Positions 10,929-19,702 of a stretch of DNA of 64,000 nt are shown here, one piece after another. The stretch is from Candidatus Magasanikiibacteriota bacterium (GTDB lineage Bacteria; Patescibacteriota; Patescibacteriia; Magasanikbacterales; GWA2-37-8). The stretch covers positions 7,333 through 71,332 of the forward strand of contig CAWJAS010000002.1 in assembly GCA_963840935.1 (NCBI GenBank), read 5' to 3'. The position numbers were made by a program, and so were the translations under genes. Every line of letters starts with the position of its first letter. Within the stretch, counting starts at the first letter, position 1. The notes under the pieces are model-generated. The model was not told where the DNA came from. It ran no database searches and saw only the letters and a list, made by a program, of their open reading frames with translations.

Positions 10929-12977
10929 TTAAGTTGAGGTCGCGGAAGAACTCTCGTCAGGCAAAGTCGGAATAACTTCCGCCGGTTCCTCGCTCGCTGG
11001 CTCGCCATCAGGCGAAACAGGTTCTTCTGATTCTCCCGTTTCCACAGGTTCACAACCATTGGGGTCGGAACACCCATCTTCACTAATTCCCGCAACACAA
11101 ATTTTTGGCAAAGCCCTGTAGGTGCTTGTGAAAATTCGATCAATTTGTTCCGTGGTTGAAGTGAAACGCGTATAGGTAAAACTGGCCACCGCCCCCCTGA
11201 ACGCATTTTGGCATTTTTGCACTCCGGGCTCGAGGTTCGTGCTGTACGTAATAATCGGATCCCCTGCCGGAATCCACCTGCTAACCAAAGGACGGCTGTA
11301 ATAACCATAACGTCCATCCGGCTTGCCCCACAAAGTAAAAGTCAATAATTGTTTTTTATAATCAATATTGGTTTCCAAAAGCAAATACCCTCCGGTATCA
11401 TTCAAAAATTTAAAATCCAAAATCGGTTCATATATAGTGGCATCCGTTCCGGGGTTTTTATTCACCGGGTCCGCGTAATAACCAACGACAAGAGAATGAT
11501 TCGTACGCTCAGTAATCGGCATACCCGAATTCATCGCCATCCGAAAAAGTGTTGTGCCGATTTGGCACATTCCACCGCCGACTTCCTTTTTGATTTCATT
11601 TCCTTTAATTACTTCTTCAGGCAAATAACCATTTTCCGAAGTGAACGGGCCGGCATAACGAGTGGTGGAAAACTCCTCGCCCGGAGCAATAATCGTGCCG
11701 TTTAAAAGCGCTACCGCATGAGCAATGTTTTTTATGCGATTTGTGTGGCTGTCAAAAAAAGTGGAGGTACCGGCGCCGAGAATCGCAGTGATACCCAAAT
11801 TATTAATATCGGCTAATTTTATTTTTGGCTCTACTGTTTCCACAATCAAAGCCACCGTACCGGTTGCCCCGACAGCGCCAATATTCCTATCGCGCATTAC
11901 CGAATTTATGGCTTCAACGGTTTTTTCAATATTCAATTGCTGGCCGGCGGAACCGCTTCTGAATTCTTTAACTCGACCATCAACCATCACAAATTTTGAT
12001 TCATCAGTCGGACGGTCAAGAGTATATTTATAATTTTCAAGATATTTGGCGGTCTTTTCTGGGTCAAGCTCAAAGATGATTTCTTCTTGGTCGTTCTTAA
12101 CCGGAGTTAGCCACTCGGTAATATCTTTTTCTTTAATTTGCGCATTTTTGGACACCGCGCTTACAGGGTCCACATAAGACAAGCTAATATCGCCATAACT
12201 CAATACTTTTTCTATAATCTCATGCTTATCTTGTAAATCACTGGCAAAAACACTTGCTTCAACCCTTGTTTGCTTAATTTTTATCGCTTCCAAATCCAAA
12301 ACAGACAAACGAGCGGAAGTATCGTCCATTATTTTTTTATAATCAAAAACAACGCCCGATTGTTCACCAAGAACATCATATTCAACGGGGTTTTTGGCGG
12401 TAATTGCCACTTTGGCCTCCAATGGAGTAATTTCGTATTGTTCGAGAGAGGATTTTAATAATTCCAAAAACTGTTCCTCCCTGATGTTAACAGCCAATTT
12501 TATTTTTATCGGCGAAAAACGAAGGGCGATAATTTTCCAATATTTTTTTAGACCCTGAGTTTCTCGCCCATACTGAAAAACGGTTTGTTCAAAATTATCA
12601 CTGTCAACGGAAAAAATATCCAACACACTATCGCCATCCACAAACGACGCCGGAATGTGGGCTGTTTTCTCTTGCCCGTCAATTTCAAATTTATAAATAA
12701 TACCTTCTTTATTCAAGCGGTTATTCAAACCGAATATAAACGATTTAACTTCTTCTCCGGTCATCGCTTCAAGCGAATAATCGCCCAAAAAAACTCCGGG
12801 ATAAACCTTGTTGTCATATTTTTTGTCATAAGCATAAACACCGCCGGCCAGAATTGCGCTTAATATGATTAAACTGGCAAGTACAATTAAAAAAATACGC
12901 CAAAAAACACGAATTTTTGTTTTTCCGGTAAAATGATCAATGGCTGAATCAATTTTTTCTTTTATTTCTTCGGGCAT
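10929..12977 (-). CDS. VanW/YoaR-family membrane-anchored protein with PG-binding-like N-terminal region and acidic C-terminal tail
   Basis: VanW-like core GGGMCQIGTTLFRMAMNSGMPITERTNHSLVVGYYADP...DATIYEPILDFKFLNDTGGYLLLET; N-terminal TM helix; start moved to ATG 12977 to avoid overlap with hsp20. Confidence 0.8.
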   Translation of the reverse strand: MPEEIKEKIDSAIDHFTGKTKIRVFWRIFLIVLASLIILSAILAGGVYAYDKKYDNKVYPGVFLGDYSLEAMTGEEVKSFIFGLNNRLNKEGIIYKFEIDGQEKTAHIPASFVDGDSVLDIFSVDSDNFEQTVFQYGRETQGLKKYWKIIALRFSPIKIKLAVNIREEQFLELLKSSLEQYEITPLEAKVAITAKNPVEYDVLGEQSGVVFDYKKIMDDTSARLSVLDLEAIKIKQTRVEASVFASDLQDKHEIIEKVLSYGDISLSYVDPVSAVSKNAQIKEKDITEWLTPVKNDQEEIIFELDPEKTAKYLENYKYTLDRPTDESKFVMVDGRVKEFRSGSAGQQLNIEKTVEAINSVMRDRNIGAVGATGTVALIVETVEPKIKLADINNLGITAILGAGTSTFFDSHTNRIKNIAHAVALLNGTIIAPGEEFSTTRYAGPFTSENGYLPEEVIKGNEIKKEVGGGMCQIGTTLFRMAMNSGMPITERTNHSLVVGYYADPVNKNPGTDATIYEPILDFKFLNDTGGYLLLETNIDYKKQLLTFTLWGKPDGRYGYYSRPLVSRWIPAGDPIITYSTNLEPGVQKCQNAFRGAVASFTYTRFTSTTEQIDRIFTSTYRALPKICVAGISEDGCSDPNGCEPVETGESEEPVSPDGEPASEEPAEVIPTLPDESSSATST

Positions 12978-12978
12978 T

Positions 12979-13422
12979 TTATTCTTCAATAATGGTAATC
13001 GGTATTGTTTGATTAATGTGAATTTTTGGCAAACGAACAATCAGAAGTCCTCGTTTGTATTCGGCTTTAGCCATGGCAAAATGAACATCGGCTGGCAAAA
13101 CAATACTGCGAGAAAAACTTCCCCAATAACACTCGGCAAAATGAAATATTGAACCACTCTCTGCCGGTGAACGCCTGGCGCCTCTTATAGTCAAAAGGTC
13201 ATTGTGCAAATGCAGTTCGATATTATCGGGCGACGCTCCGGCCATTGGCGCTATCACAATAAACTCTGTCGGCGTTTCGGCCACATCAACCGCAAGTTGG
13301 CCTTCGTGGTGCTGTTCGATTTCGGCCGTATTTTTTAAACCGGTAAAAAAATCCAAATCAACCACGTCTTCATCCGGCCGGTCAATTGAGATGCTTAATT
13401 TTTGATTATTTATTACCGACAT
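12979..13422 (-). CDS. Hsp20/alpha-crystallin small heat-shock protein
   Basis: EFIVIAPMAGASPDNIELHLHNDLLTIRGARR...FSRSIVLPADVHFAMAKAEYKRGLLIVRLPK. Confidence 0.9.
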   Translation of the reverse strand: MSVINNQKLSISIDRPDEDVVDLDFFTGLKNTAEIEQHHEGQLAVDVAETPTEFIVIAPMAGASPDNIELHLHNDLLTIRGARRSPAESGSIFHFAECYWGSFSRSIVLPADVHFAMAKAEYKRGLLIVRLPKIHINQTIPITIIEE

Positions 13423-13471
13423 AAAATAGCATATTCTTTACTAAAAAGTATTATCTATATTATATCATTTG

Positions 13472-13516
13472 GCAAAAAAAAACAAAACCCGCCTTGAGTT
13501 CCAAGGACGGGTTTTT
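13472..13516 (-). terminator. rho-independent terminator after the coiled-coil protein gene
   Basis: minus strand aaaacccgtccttggaactcaaggcgggtttt followed by a T run. Confidence 0.5.
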
Positions 13517-13534
13517 AAATTCTTTCAATCCGAA

Positions 13535-14329
13535 TTATTCAGCAGTTACAACCGGAAAAGCACTTTTTAATGATGATTTGGCGGTAGCTAACGCGGTTTT
13601 AAAATCCTCAATCGCTTTTTGCACCGCGTCTTTATGCGCGCTGTTAATTTCTTTTATTGAATCACTAATAGGGGCAATCTCGCTTTTGCTCTGTTTGTAG
13701 CGATCACGAGCTTCTTTAACTTGAGCTTGCAATTGCGTACGCATTTGAGCAAAATCAACATCGCCAGCATTGCATTTTTCCTTCAAAGCTCCTTCCGCGT
13801 TTTGAACCTCCTCGCGAAAAGAATTGTTGCGCGCTTCAACTTGATTTTTATGCTCATTCATTAACTGCTCCATTTGGGTTTGACGAGCTGAGTTCGCCTC
13901 TTCAATATCCGTACGGCGCAGAGTTACGGCCGTTTCAACCGCTTCTTTGAACTCGGCAACCGCTTGTTTTTGTTCATCGGTTACGGCAGACGCGTTTAAT
14001 TTATCGTAACCGGCCAAACGCTTCGCGTCCAGGTCCGTTCTTTTTTGTTCCATTTTTTGCTCTGCCTCAGCACGCTTTTTTTCCATCTCTTGCGTTTTTT
14101 CTTGGCGTTTATTTTCCAATTTTTTATCCATTTCATTCAAGCGCGCTTCGCGATTAGCGGAAAATTCGCCTAATCTTGAACAAACGTTGGCCATTATTTT
14201 TTGGCCCATCGCTGAATTGGTGCTGGACTGCATCATCCTCGGCGCTTCCATCATTCCAAACGCCGGAGAAGCGACAAACGCTCCGATCACTACCGCGAAA
14301 ATCGCGGTCTTTATTTTTTTATTGTTCAT
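13535..14329 (-). CDS. secreted coiled-coil protein (signal peptide, charged heptad-rich), hypothetical
   Basis: N-terminal signal peptide MNNKKIKTAIFAVVIGAFVASPAFG; E/K/Q-rich remainder. Confidence 0.6.
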   Translation of the reverse strand: MNNKKIKTAIFAVVIGAFVASPAFGMMEAPRMMQSSTNSAMGQKIMANVCSRLGEFSANREARLNEMDKKLENKRQEKTQEMEKKRAEAEQKMEQKRTDLDAKRLAGYDKLNASAVTDEQKQAVAEFKEAVETAVTLRRTDIEEANSARQTQMEQLMNEHKNQVEARNNSFREEVQNAEGALKEKCNAGDVDFAQMRTQLQAQVKEARDRYKQSKSEIAPISDSIKEINSAHKDAVQKAIEDFKTALATAKSSLKSAFPVVTAE

Positions 14330-14816
14330 ATAGGTATGCGATATTTTCTATATTAACCAAGGCTTCGTTTTCGTAATCAACAAAATATAAATCCATAGAT
14401 TCGTCATCAAGCATTTCATCGCCATTAAAAGCGCTCTCAAACACTTCATCAACAGCTTGGTTGACTTCAGGCGAAGAAAAAACGATTGATTCAATTGACG
14501 CTACTTGTGTCTGTTTTGGAGCGATTATTTTACCGCCAAAATACCAATAGCCAAAAGCCAAAACAGCAACTGCGACAAGACCGACGGGTAATACTTTTTT
14601 TGTAAATTGACTCATAATATTATTAATATTAAATATATTATTTTTTCGACCTTTGTTATTTTCTGTGAAAGAATAACGGCTGTCTTTTTTAACTGTGACA
14701 GATTTAGGCAAGCGCGATAATAACGCTTTAAAATGTTCGGTCGAGGGTTTGATTTTTTCCCCTTCGGCAAATAGCATTTTTTCTAATTGTTCTTCTTTAA
14801 TTTCCATATTCTTCAA
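14319..14816 (-). CDS. membrane protein, putative anti-sigma factor partner of the upstream ECF sigma
   Basis: single TM helix (VLPVGLVAVAVLAFGYWYFGG); overlaps the sigma factor gene end by 20 nt. Confidence 0.45.
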   Translation of the reverse strand: MKNMEIKEEQLEKMLFAEGEKIKPSTEHFKALLSRLPKSVTVKKDSRYSFTENNKGRKNNIFNINNIMSQFTKKVLPVGLVAVAVLAFGYWYFGGKIIAPKQTQVASIESIVFSSPEVNQAVDEVFESAFNGDEMLDDESMDLYFVDYENEALVNIENIAYLYEQ

Positions 14817-15354
14817 TTATAATTCTTAATTTTTTTAGCGCCCTAGATTGCCTTTGGCGCACGGCGTCTTCGCTTAAATTTATAATCAAGGCTATTTCTT
14901 TGGCCGGTAAACCGCTAAAATATTTGAGCAATATCACTTCACGGTCTTCTTCTTCAAGGCGGGATATATATTTTTGAACATCGGCAGACAATTCTTTTTG
15001 CGCGCACTCGGCTTCTTGGTTAGGGCGATTATCCGGAATATTGCCAAAAACATCTGATTCTTCATCGCCTATAATTTTATCTTTTTTCTTTCGCCAATAA
15101 TCAATCAGAGTATTTCTGGCGACAGTAAAGAGCAAGCGCAATGGGGTACTATTCGGTTCAAGGCGATGGAGTGATTCATACACTTTCAAAAAAACCGTCT
15201 GAACAAAATCATCAGTCAAGTCCTTGTTTTTTGTCCGGCCGTAAATATAGCGATAAACTGGCGTGTACATTTCTTCATAAATTTGCCCGAAAGCCAAATT
15301 ATCTCCGTTTTTAGCGCGCGACATTAACTCTTTGTAATCTAAAATATCATCCAT
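14797..15354 (-). CDS. RNA polymerase sigma-70 family (ECF-type) sigma factor
   Basis: region 2 FVQTVFLKVYESLHRLEPNSTPLRLLFTVARNTLIDYWRKK; region 4 LPAKEIALIINLSEDAVRQRQSRALKKLR. Confidence 0.85.
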   Translation of the reverse strand: MDDILDYKELMSRAKNGDNLAFGQIYEEMYTPVYRYIYGRTKNKDLTDDFVQTVFLKVYESLHRLEPNSTPLRLLFTVARNTLIDYWRKKKDKIIGDEESDVFGNIPDNRPNQEAECAQKELSADVQKYISRLEEEDREVILLKYFSGLPAKEIALIINLSEDAVRQRQSRALKKLRIIIEEYGN

Positions 15355-15396
15355 AGTCTATCTGCTAAGGATAACGAATTATAAATAATTTTGTGA

Positions 15397-16467
15397 CTAA
15401 GGTTGAAGAGCTTCTTCAGTCCGACCGTTAACCGAGATTATCACTTCGTCAACAGTCGAAAATTGAGTCAAAGTTTTTGTTATTTGTGAACGGATGGCAG
15501 TCACACGGCATGAACCGCCAAGACCTTTTTCTATCGTATCGTCAAAATCAACAATAGCGGTTTTGCCCTCGATAATTAAAGAATTGATTTTTACGCCATC
15601 GTTAATCGAGGTCAAATAACCGGATTTTTTTTCCGCTTCTGTCGGACCCTTCAATAATTCTTCCAAAGCAAGTCTGCCGACAGCGGTTGATTTTTCAACT
15701 ACGCGGTCAACCGAATATACATTGGTGCAATCTATAAATTCCGGATCTTTAATATTATTGCTGTAAAACACTTTTACAGTTTGGCCAAAAATAATCGGAT
15801 ACGATTCTGATTTGTCATTTTCCGGCAAACCTGACGGATTGTCGTTTTTGAACACTATTGTGCCGGTCGCTGTTTCGGGAGCGATAAAACTTAATTCCGC
15901 TTTAAACGCGACCGAACTTGTGGTCATCCAATCCCCTTCGGCCTGAGCACTGGTGAACCCAAGCAATTTCCCGTTGGCATCATAAATTTCTATAATCGCG
16001 TTAGCCTCAAAATACCAGCTTCCGGGCATTTGACCGGTTACGGAAAGCGGGCTAGCGACTAACTGCTCGGATGCCGGCATAAGAAGTTTTGTTTCATAAA
16101 TTTTTTCTTCTTCAGCGGAACATTCACCCCTAAAAAACGCCCATTCTTCGCACTCTTTGCCATTTGGAAAAATGCACATTCCATGTTCCCCGCCTTCGGT
16201 GTCTTTTTTTATCTCAATCTGCCCGCCTTTTTCCAAACAATTAACAGATGCCGGATTCGCCAAAGCAGTGTTATTTTTTTGCTCTACCGGTTCGACGACG
16301 CCACATCCTGAACTTGGAGGCAAAACCGAGGGATTTCCTCGTTTTACCCATTGATTATTCTCACAAACCCAAGTATTTTTACTTTTATCAATGTAATAAA
16401 TAGCGACAAAAATACCGGCCACGCCGATCAAAAGAAAAATGATTAACCAGATTTTTTTACTTTCCAT
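15397..16467 (-). CDS. membrane-anchored protein with DUF333 (putative hemolysin-like), Ig-like and GerMN domains
   Basis: NPASVNCLEKGGQIEIKKDTEGGEHGMCIFPNGKECEEWAFFRGEC (DUF333-like); C-terminal LALEELLKGPTEAEKKSGYLTSINDGVKINSLIIEGKTAIVDF (GerMN-like); N-terminal TM. Confidence 0.65.
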   Translation of the reverse strand: MESKKIWLIIFLLIGVAGIFVAIYYIDKSKNTWVCENNQWVKRGNPSVLPPSSGCGVVEPVEQKNNTALANPASVNCLEKGGQIEIKKDTEGGEHGMCIFPNGKECEEWAFFRGECSAEEEKIYETKLLMPASEQLVASPLSVTGQMPGSWYFEANAIIEIYDANGKLLGFTSAQAEGDWMTTSSVAFKAELSFIAPETATGTIVFKNDNPSGLPENDKSESYPIIFGQTVKVFYSNNIKDPEFIDCTNVYSVDRVVEKSTAVGRLALEELLKGPTEAEKKSGYLTSINDGVKINSLIIEGKTAIVDFDDTIEKGLGGSCRVTAIRSQITKTLTQFSTVDEVIISVNGRTEEALQP

Positions 16468-16539
16468 AAAAATAATTAGATTAGTTATACAGATAAGTTA
16501 GCATAAATTACTAAAAATTGTAAATACACTGAATAATAA

Positions 16540-17121
16540 TCATTTTTTGATTTTAAACGCAACAAAACCGACAATAAATATACCTAGAATCGCCAAAAAA
16601 ACCAGCCCTCCGGTTGTTTTTGTTAATTTGCTTAGAATGGTTGTTTTATTTGTATCCTCATCAGAATCCAATTGATTGCTATGCGAAGAAATAATCTCGG
16701 CAATGGAATCCGGGCAATCTATCATCATACATTCCTTAATTCTATTTTCAATCTGAATCGGGGTCGCAAAATCAGCGTAACCGATAAATGCCTGGTCGCC
16801 AATAAACACAACCGGCACTCCATCAACTCTAACGATTAACTTCCCGGCAATCTCTTTTAGCATGTCGGCATTATTATTACTATTGTATACCTCAAAATCA
16901 TTGATCTTTAAAGCGCGGTATTTTGCCTGCATGTAATCAAGAAATTCCTTTTCTTTTTCACAGTGAGGACACCCATCGCCCCAAAAAAAATAGGCGTTTA
17001 TTTCGGTAACGGCATTGGCCGGTTCTGCAAAAATGAAATTTCCGAATACAAAAATAAAAAACAGCGCCAAAACGGCATTGAATATTTTTTTATAATGGAA
17101 AAAATTTCTGAATTTTAACAT
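16540..17121 (-). CDS. thioredoxin-fold thiol-disulfide oxidoreductase (CPHC motif) with N- and C-terminal TM anchors
   Basis: AYFFWGDGCPHCEKEKEFLDYMQ; start placed at ATG 17121, because the track ORF extension to 17241 runs into repeat R1. Confidence 0.7.
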   Translation of the reverse strand: MLKFRNFFHYKKIFNAVLALFFIFVFGNFIFAEPANAVTEINAYFFWGDGCPHCEKEKEFLDYMQAKYRALKINDFEVYNSNNNADMLKEIAGKLIVRVDGVPVVFIGDQAFIGYADFATPIQIENRIKECMMIDCPDSIAEIISSHSNQLDSDEDTNKTTILSKLTKTTGGLVFLAILGIFIVGFVAFKIKK

Positions 17122-17122
17122 G

Positions 17123-17524
17123 CGGTCGTTTTTGATTGATGTTCGAACTTTTTTTGAGCAAAACCCCCAATAAGGAAGCCAGCCCCGCCACTGCTCGACA
17201 AGCTCGCCACACCACAGAAAAATACTCTTTGCTCTTTTCATTTTGCGCGCGCCCGATTTTTTCTTCTTTTAATGAAAAGAGTATTTTTCTGCGGTGTTCT
17301 GCCCTCCAAGTATTCGGGCAGGTGGCGGGGCTGGCCTCAATTTGATTGAGAAAAGGAAAAGCGGAATTCCCCCCAAACCCCCCTTCCGCTTTTCCTTTTC
17401 TCAAACGGAACGGGAACGGAAGCAGGCGGGCAAAAATTCCTTCCCCCCAACCCCCTTCCTTTTTGCCCGCCTGCTTGGGCTTCGCCCCCAAAACTTTCGG
17501 ACGGACGGATTTTTCGGCGGACAA
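17123..17524. repeat. repeat R1, copy A (~400 bp; ~97% identical inverted copy at 21892..22294)
   Basis: direct comparison of 17123-17524 with the reverse complement of 21892-22294; contains 13-17 bp perfect hairpins with C-rich loops and a ~160 bp nested palindrome. Confidence 0.85.
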
Positions 17525-17525
17525 A

Positions 17526-18140
17526 CTACAAATCAATTAGGGTATTCAAAAATTGCTCACTTCCCCTTTTGTCAATTTTAGTATCAATAGGAGAAAGTAG
17601 CAATTTATGAATAACCTCTCCTTGAAATTGAGTTACACCTCTTGAATTTCTGCCAGACCAATGCTTCAACAAAATAGTTGATTTTAATAGATCGGTTTGA
17701 AACATTGATATAAGAATTTGGTTTATTATTTTGTTCGGCTCTATCCCAATGAAATAAAACATGAAAACTGACTTATCTTTGGCTAGAAATTCAAGAACTT
17801 TATCAATGTTGTACGCTTTCGGATTTGAATTTAATACCATGATTTTTGTCTTTACATCGGTTGCGGTATCAAAGTTATTGAAAATCTTTATATAGTCCCC
17901 AAGATTGTTTTGAGTTTGGAAATTGGGGATTATTCGGTTGCTGTTGTGGAGTGCTTGGACTAAACTCTCACGAAGTTTTTCATCTTCTCCTGCAATTAAA
18001 TACTCAATGATTCTTCCTCGGATATTTACATTCTCAATGAAGCCAGCTATCAGAATTTCAGTTTTGTATTGATTAACCTTTGCGTCTAATTCTGATTTGA
18101 GTTGTAAATAATCCTTTGAATTCAACAAATTCCATTGCAC
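17526..18140 (-). CDS. hypothetical protein, candidate nuclease/specificity component of the adjacent R-M-like operon
   Basis: no recognisable motif; overlaps the upstream ORF by 68 nt in another frame, so may be the C-terminal part of a frameshifted gene. Confidence 0.4.
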   Translation of the reverse strand: MQWNLLNSKDYLQLKSELDAKVNQYKTEILIAGFIENVNIRGRIIEYLIAGEDEKLRESLVQALHNSNRIIPNFQTQNNLGDYIKIFNNFDTATDVKTKIMVLNSNPKAYNIDKVLEFLAKDKSVFMFYFIGIEPNKIINQILISMFQTDLLKSTILLKHWSGRNSRGVTQFQGEVIHKLLLSPIDTKIDKRGSEQFLNTLIDL

Positions 18141-18690
18141 GAGAAGGAGCAGAAAGAATTATGTCTTTTGCCTTTTTTGATACTTCAAACTTTATACCCG
18201 ATGGACTGATATTATTTGTTGCCTCTACTAAACGAGCCAGATTTCCATCAAAACCAAGCTCGGCATGGATACTGAATAACTTCTCAAAATTTTCTGGCGA
18301 ATTAGTAAGGCCATCAAAAGTTTTGACAATATCGGAGCCGTTGATACTGCCCCTTATATTATCTACACGAAGCTGTTGTGAACTATGGCTAACTTTTTGC
18401 AGAAAGGTGCTATTCGCAATGTAAAGTATATTTTTCTTTGGAGTTACTAAACAAACAAAAAATGGTAGGTGGTCATATTTTTGAAGATTTGAAAGTGAAA
18501 TAACTGTATTTGAAAAACCGTTTGAGGAAGAATAACTAAAACGAACGGAGAAATTTTTTGAGTAGTAAACAGACCTGTCTTTTGTCAGATTAAAAGTTTT
18601 TTGAATTTCCTCTACAAGTACGGATTTATTACCAACTCCATCTTTGGAATTTACAAATTCAATAAATGATTTTATTTCTTTATTTATCAT
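18073..18690 (-). CDS. hypothetical protein, candidate restriction endonuclease (N-terminal part?) of the R-M-like operon
   Basis: position immediately downstream of the methyltransferase with a 4-nt overlap; no confident motif. Confidence 0.4.
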   Translation of the reverse strand: MINKEIKSFIEFVNSKDGVGNKSVLVEEIQKTFNLTKDRSVYYSKNFSVRFSYSSSNGFSNTVISLSNLQKYDHLPFFVCLVTPKKNILYIANSTFLQKVSHSSQQLRVDNIRGSINGSDIVKTFDGLTNSPENFEKLFSIHAELGFDGNLARLVEATNNISPSGIKFEVSKKAKDIILSAPSRAMEFVEFKGLFTTQIRIRRKG

Positions 18691-19700
18691 AATAGTTTTT
18701 TGCTAAATAAATCCGTAGAGTTATTTGCTTTTTCTTTTTTTCCGTTCCCATTCATCTGTTCATTAAGAGTGTTTCGTTCCCAAAATACACCATCAGAATA
18801 TCCCTGTATCTCTTTATTATCACCCATTGCTTCAAGGCGTTTTTCTGCAAGACAACAATACTGCTCATCAATCTCTATGCCGACATATCTACGACCAAGT
18901 TTTTTAGCCACCACCGAGGTTGTTCCTGAACCCAAAAATGGATCAAAAACCACATCATTTGGCTTTGAGCTTGCCAAAATGACCTTTGCAACCAATTTTT
19001 CTGGCTTTTGTGTTGGGTGGTCGGTATTTTCTGGCATTGACCAAAATGGAATAGTTATATCAGTCCAAACATTTGATGGAAAGGTTATCCTGTATTTTCC
19101 ATCAGCACTATCTTCCCAATCTTTCGCGTCTCCATTTTGGTCTTTGTATGGTGCGATTACTTTCCGCTTCATCTTTACAGAATCAACATCAAAGTGATAA
19201 TCGTCAGACAATGTGCAAAACCAAATATCTTCTGAGCAATTTTTCCAGTTACTTTTTGCTCCTCGCCCCTTTTCGCGTTCAAAAGTTATGCGATTCTGTA
19301 TTTTGAAATATTTTTTTGCAACATTAAAAATTGCTCCCGAAGATTTCCAATCGCCACAGATATAAATTGAAGCGTTTGGTTTTAATGTACGGATAAGTTT
19401 AGCAACCCACGAATTTAGCCATTCCTCATATTGCTCTGATTTCATTTCCTTAAATGATGTGGCGTTGAATGTTTTGTTGAGATTATACGGAGGATCAACA
19501 AAAACCAAATCAACAAAATTATCGGGTAGATATTCTAATGCCTCAAAAATATCTTGATGAATAGTTTTATTTTCAATATCTTTCAACGAAACTGGTTTGT
19601 TGATTTTGACCAGTCGTTTTTTCAAAACTGAAATTTCATCATCATTCAAATTGATGGTTCTATTTCTTGGTGCTCTTTGTTTTTGTAAAATTTTTGTCAT
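18687..19700 (-). CDS. beta-class N6-adenine/N4-cytosine DNA methyltransferase
   Basis: motif IV DLVFVDPPYN near the N-terminus and motif I VVFDPFLGSGTT near the C-terminus (beta-class order); HPTQKP. Confidence 0.85.
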   Translation of the reverse strand: MTKILQKQRAPRNRTINLNDDEISVLKKRLVKINKPVSLKDIENKTIHQDIFEALEYLPDNFVDLVFVDPPYNLNKTFNATSFKEMKSEQYEEWLNSWVAKLIRTLKPNASIYICGDWKSSGAIFNVAKKYFKIQNRITFEREKGRGAKSNWKNCSEDIWFCTLSDDYHFDVDSVKMKRKVIAPYKDQNGDAKDWEDSADGKYRITFPSNVWTDITIPFWSMPENTDHPTQKPEKLVAKVILASSKPNDVVFDPFLGSGTTSVVAKKLGRRYVGIEIDEQYCCLAEKRLEAMGDNKEIQGYSDGVFWERNTLNEQMNGNGKKEKANNSTDLFSKKLL

Positions 19701-19702
19701 AG

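Noticed and set aside
10711-10932. 73-aa ORF inside the promoter-to-terminator non-coding unit
   Set aside because: Low-complexity translation (Gly/Ser/Pro-rich), no RBS; the region behaves as a structured RNA with paired ends.
17136-17581. ORFs 17136..17345(+), 17294..17581(+), 17346..17540(+), 17090..17536(-) and their mirror images 21768..22281
   Set aside because: They occur identically in both inverted copies of repeat R1, translate to low-complexity P/G/F-rich peptides, and follow the palindromic DNA; repeat-derived artefacts.
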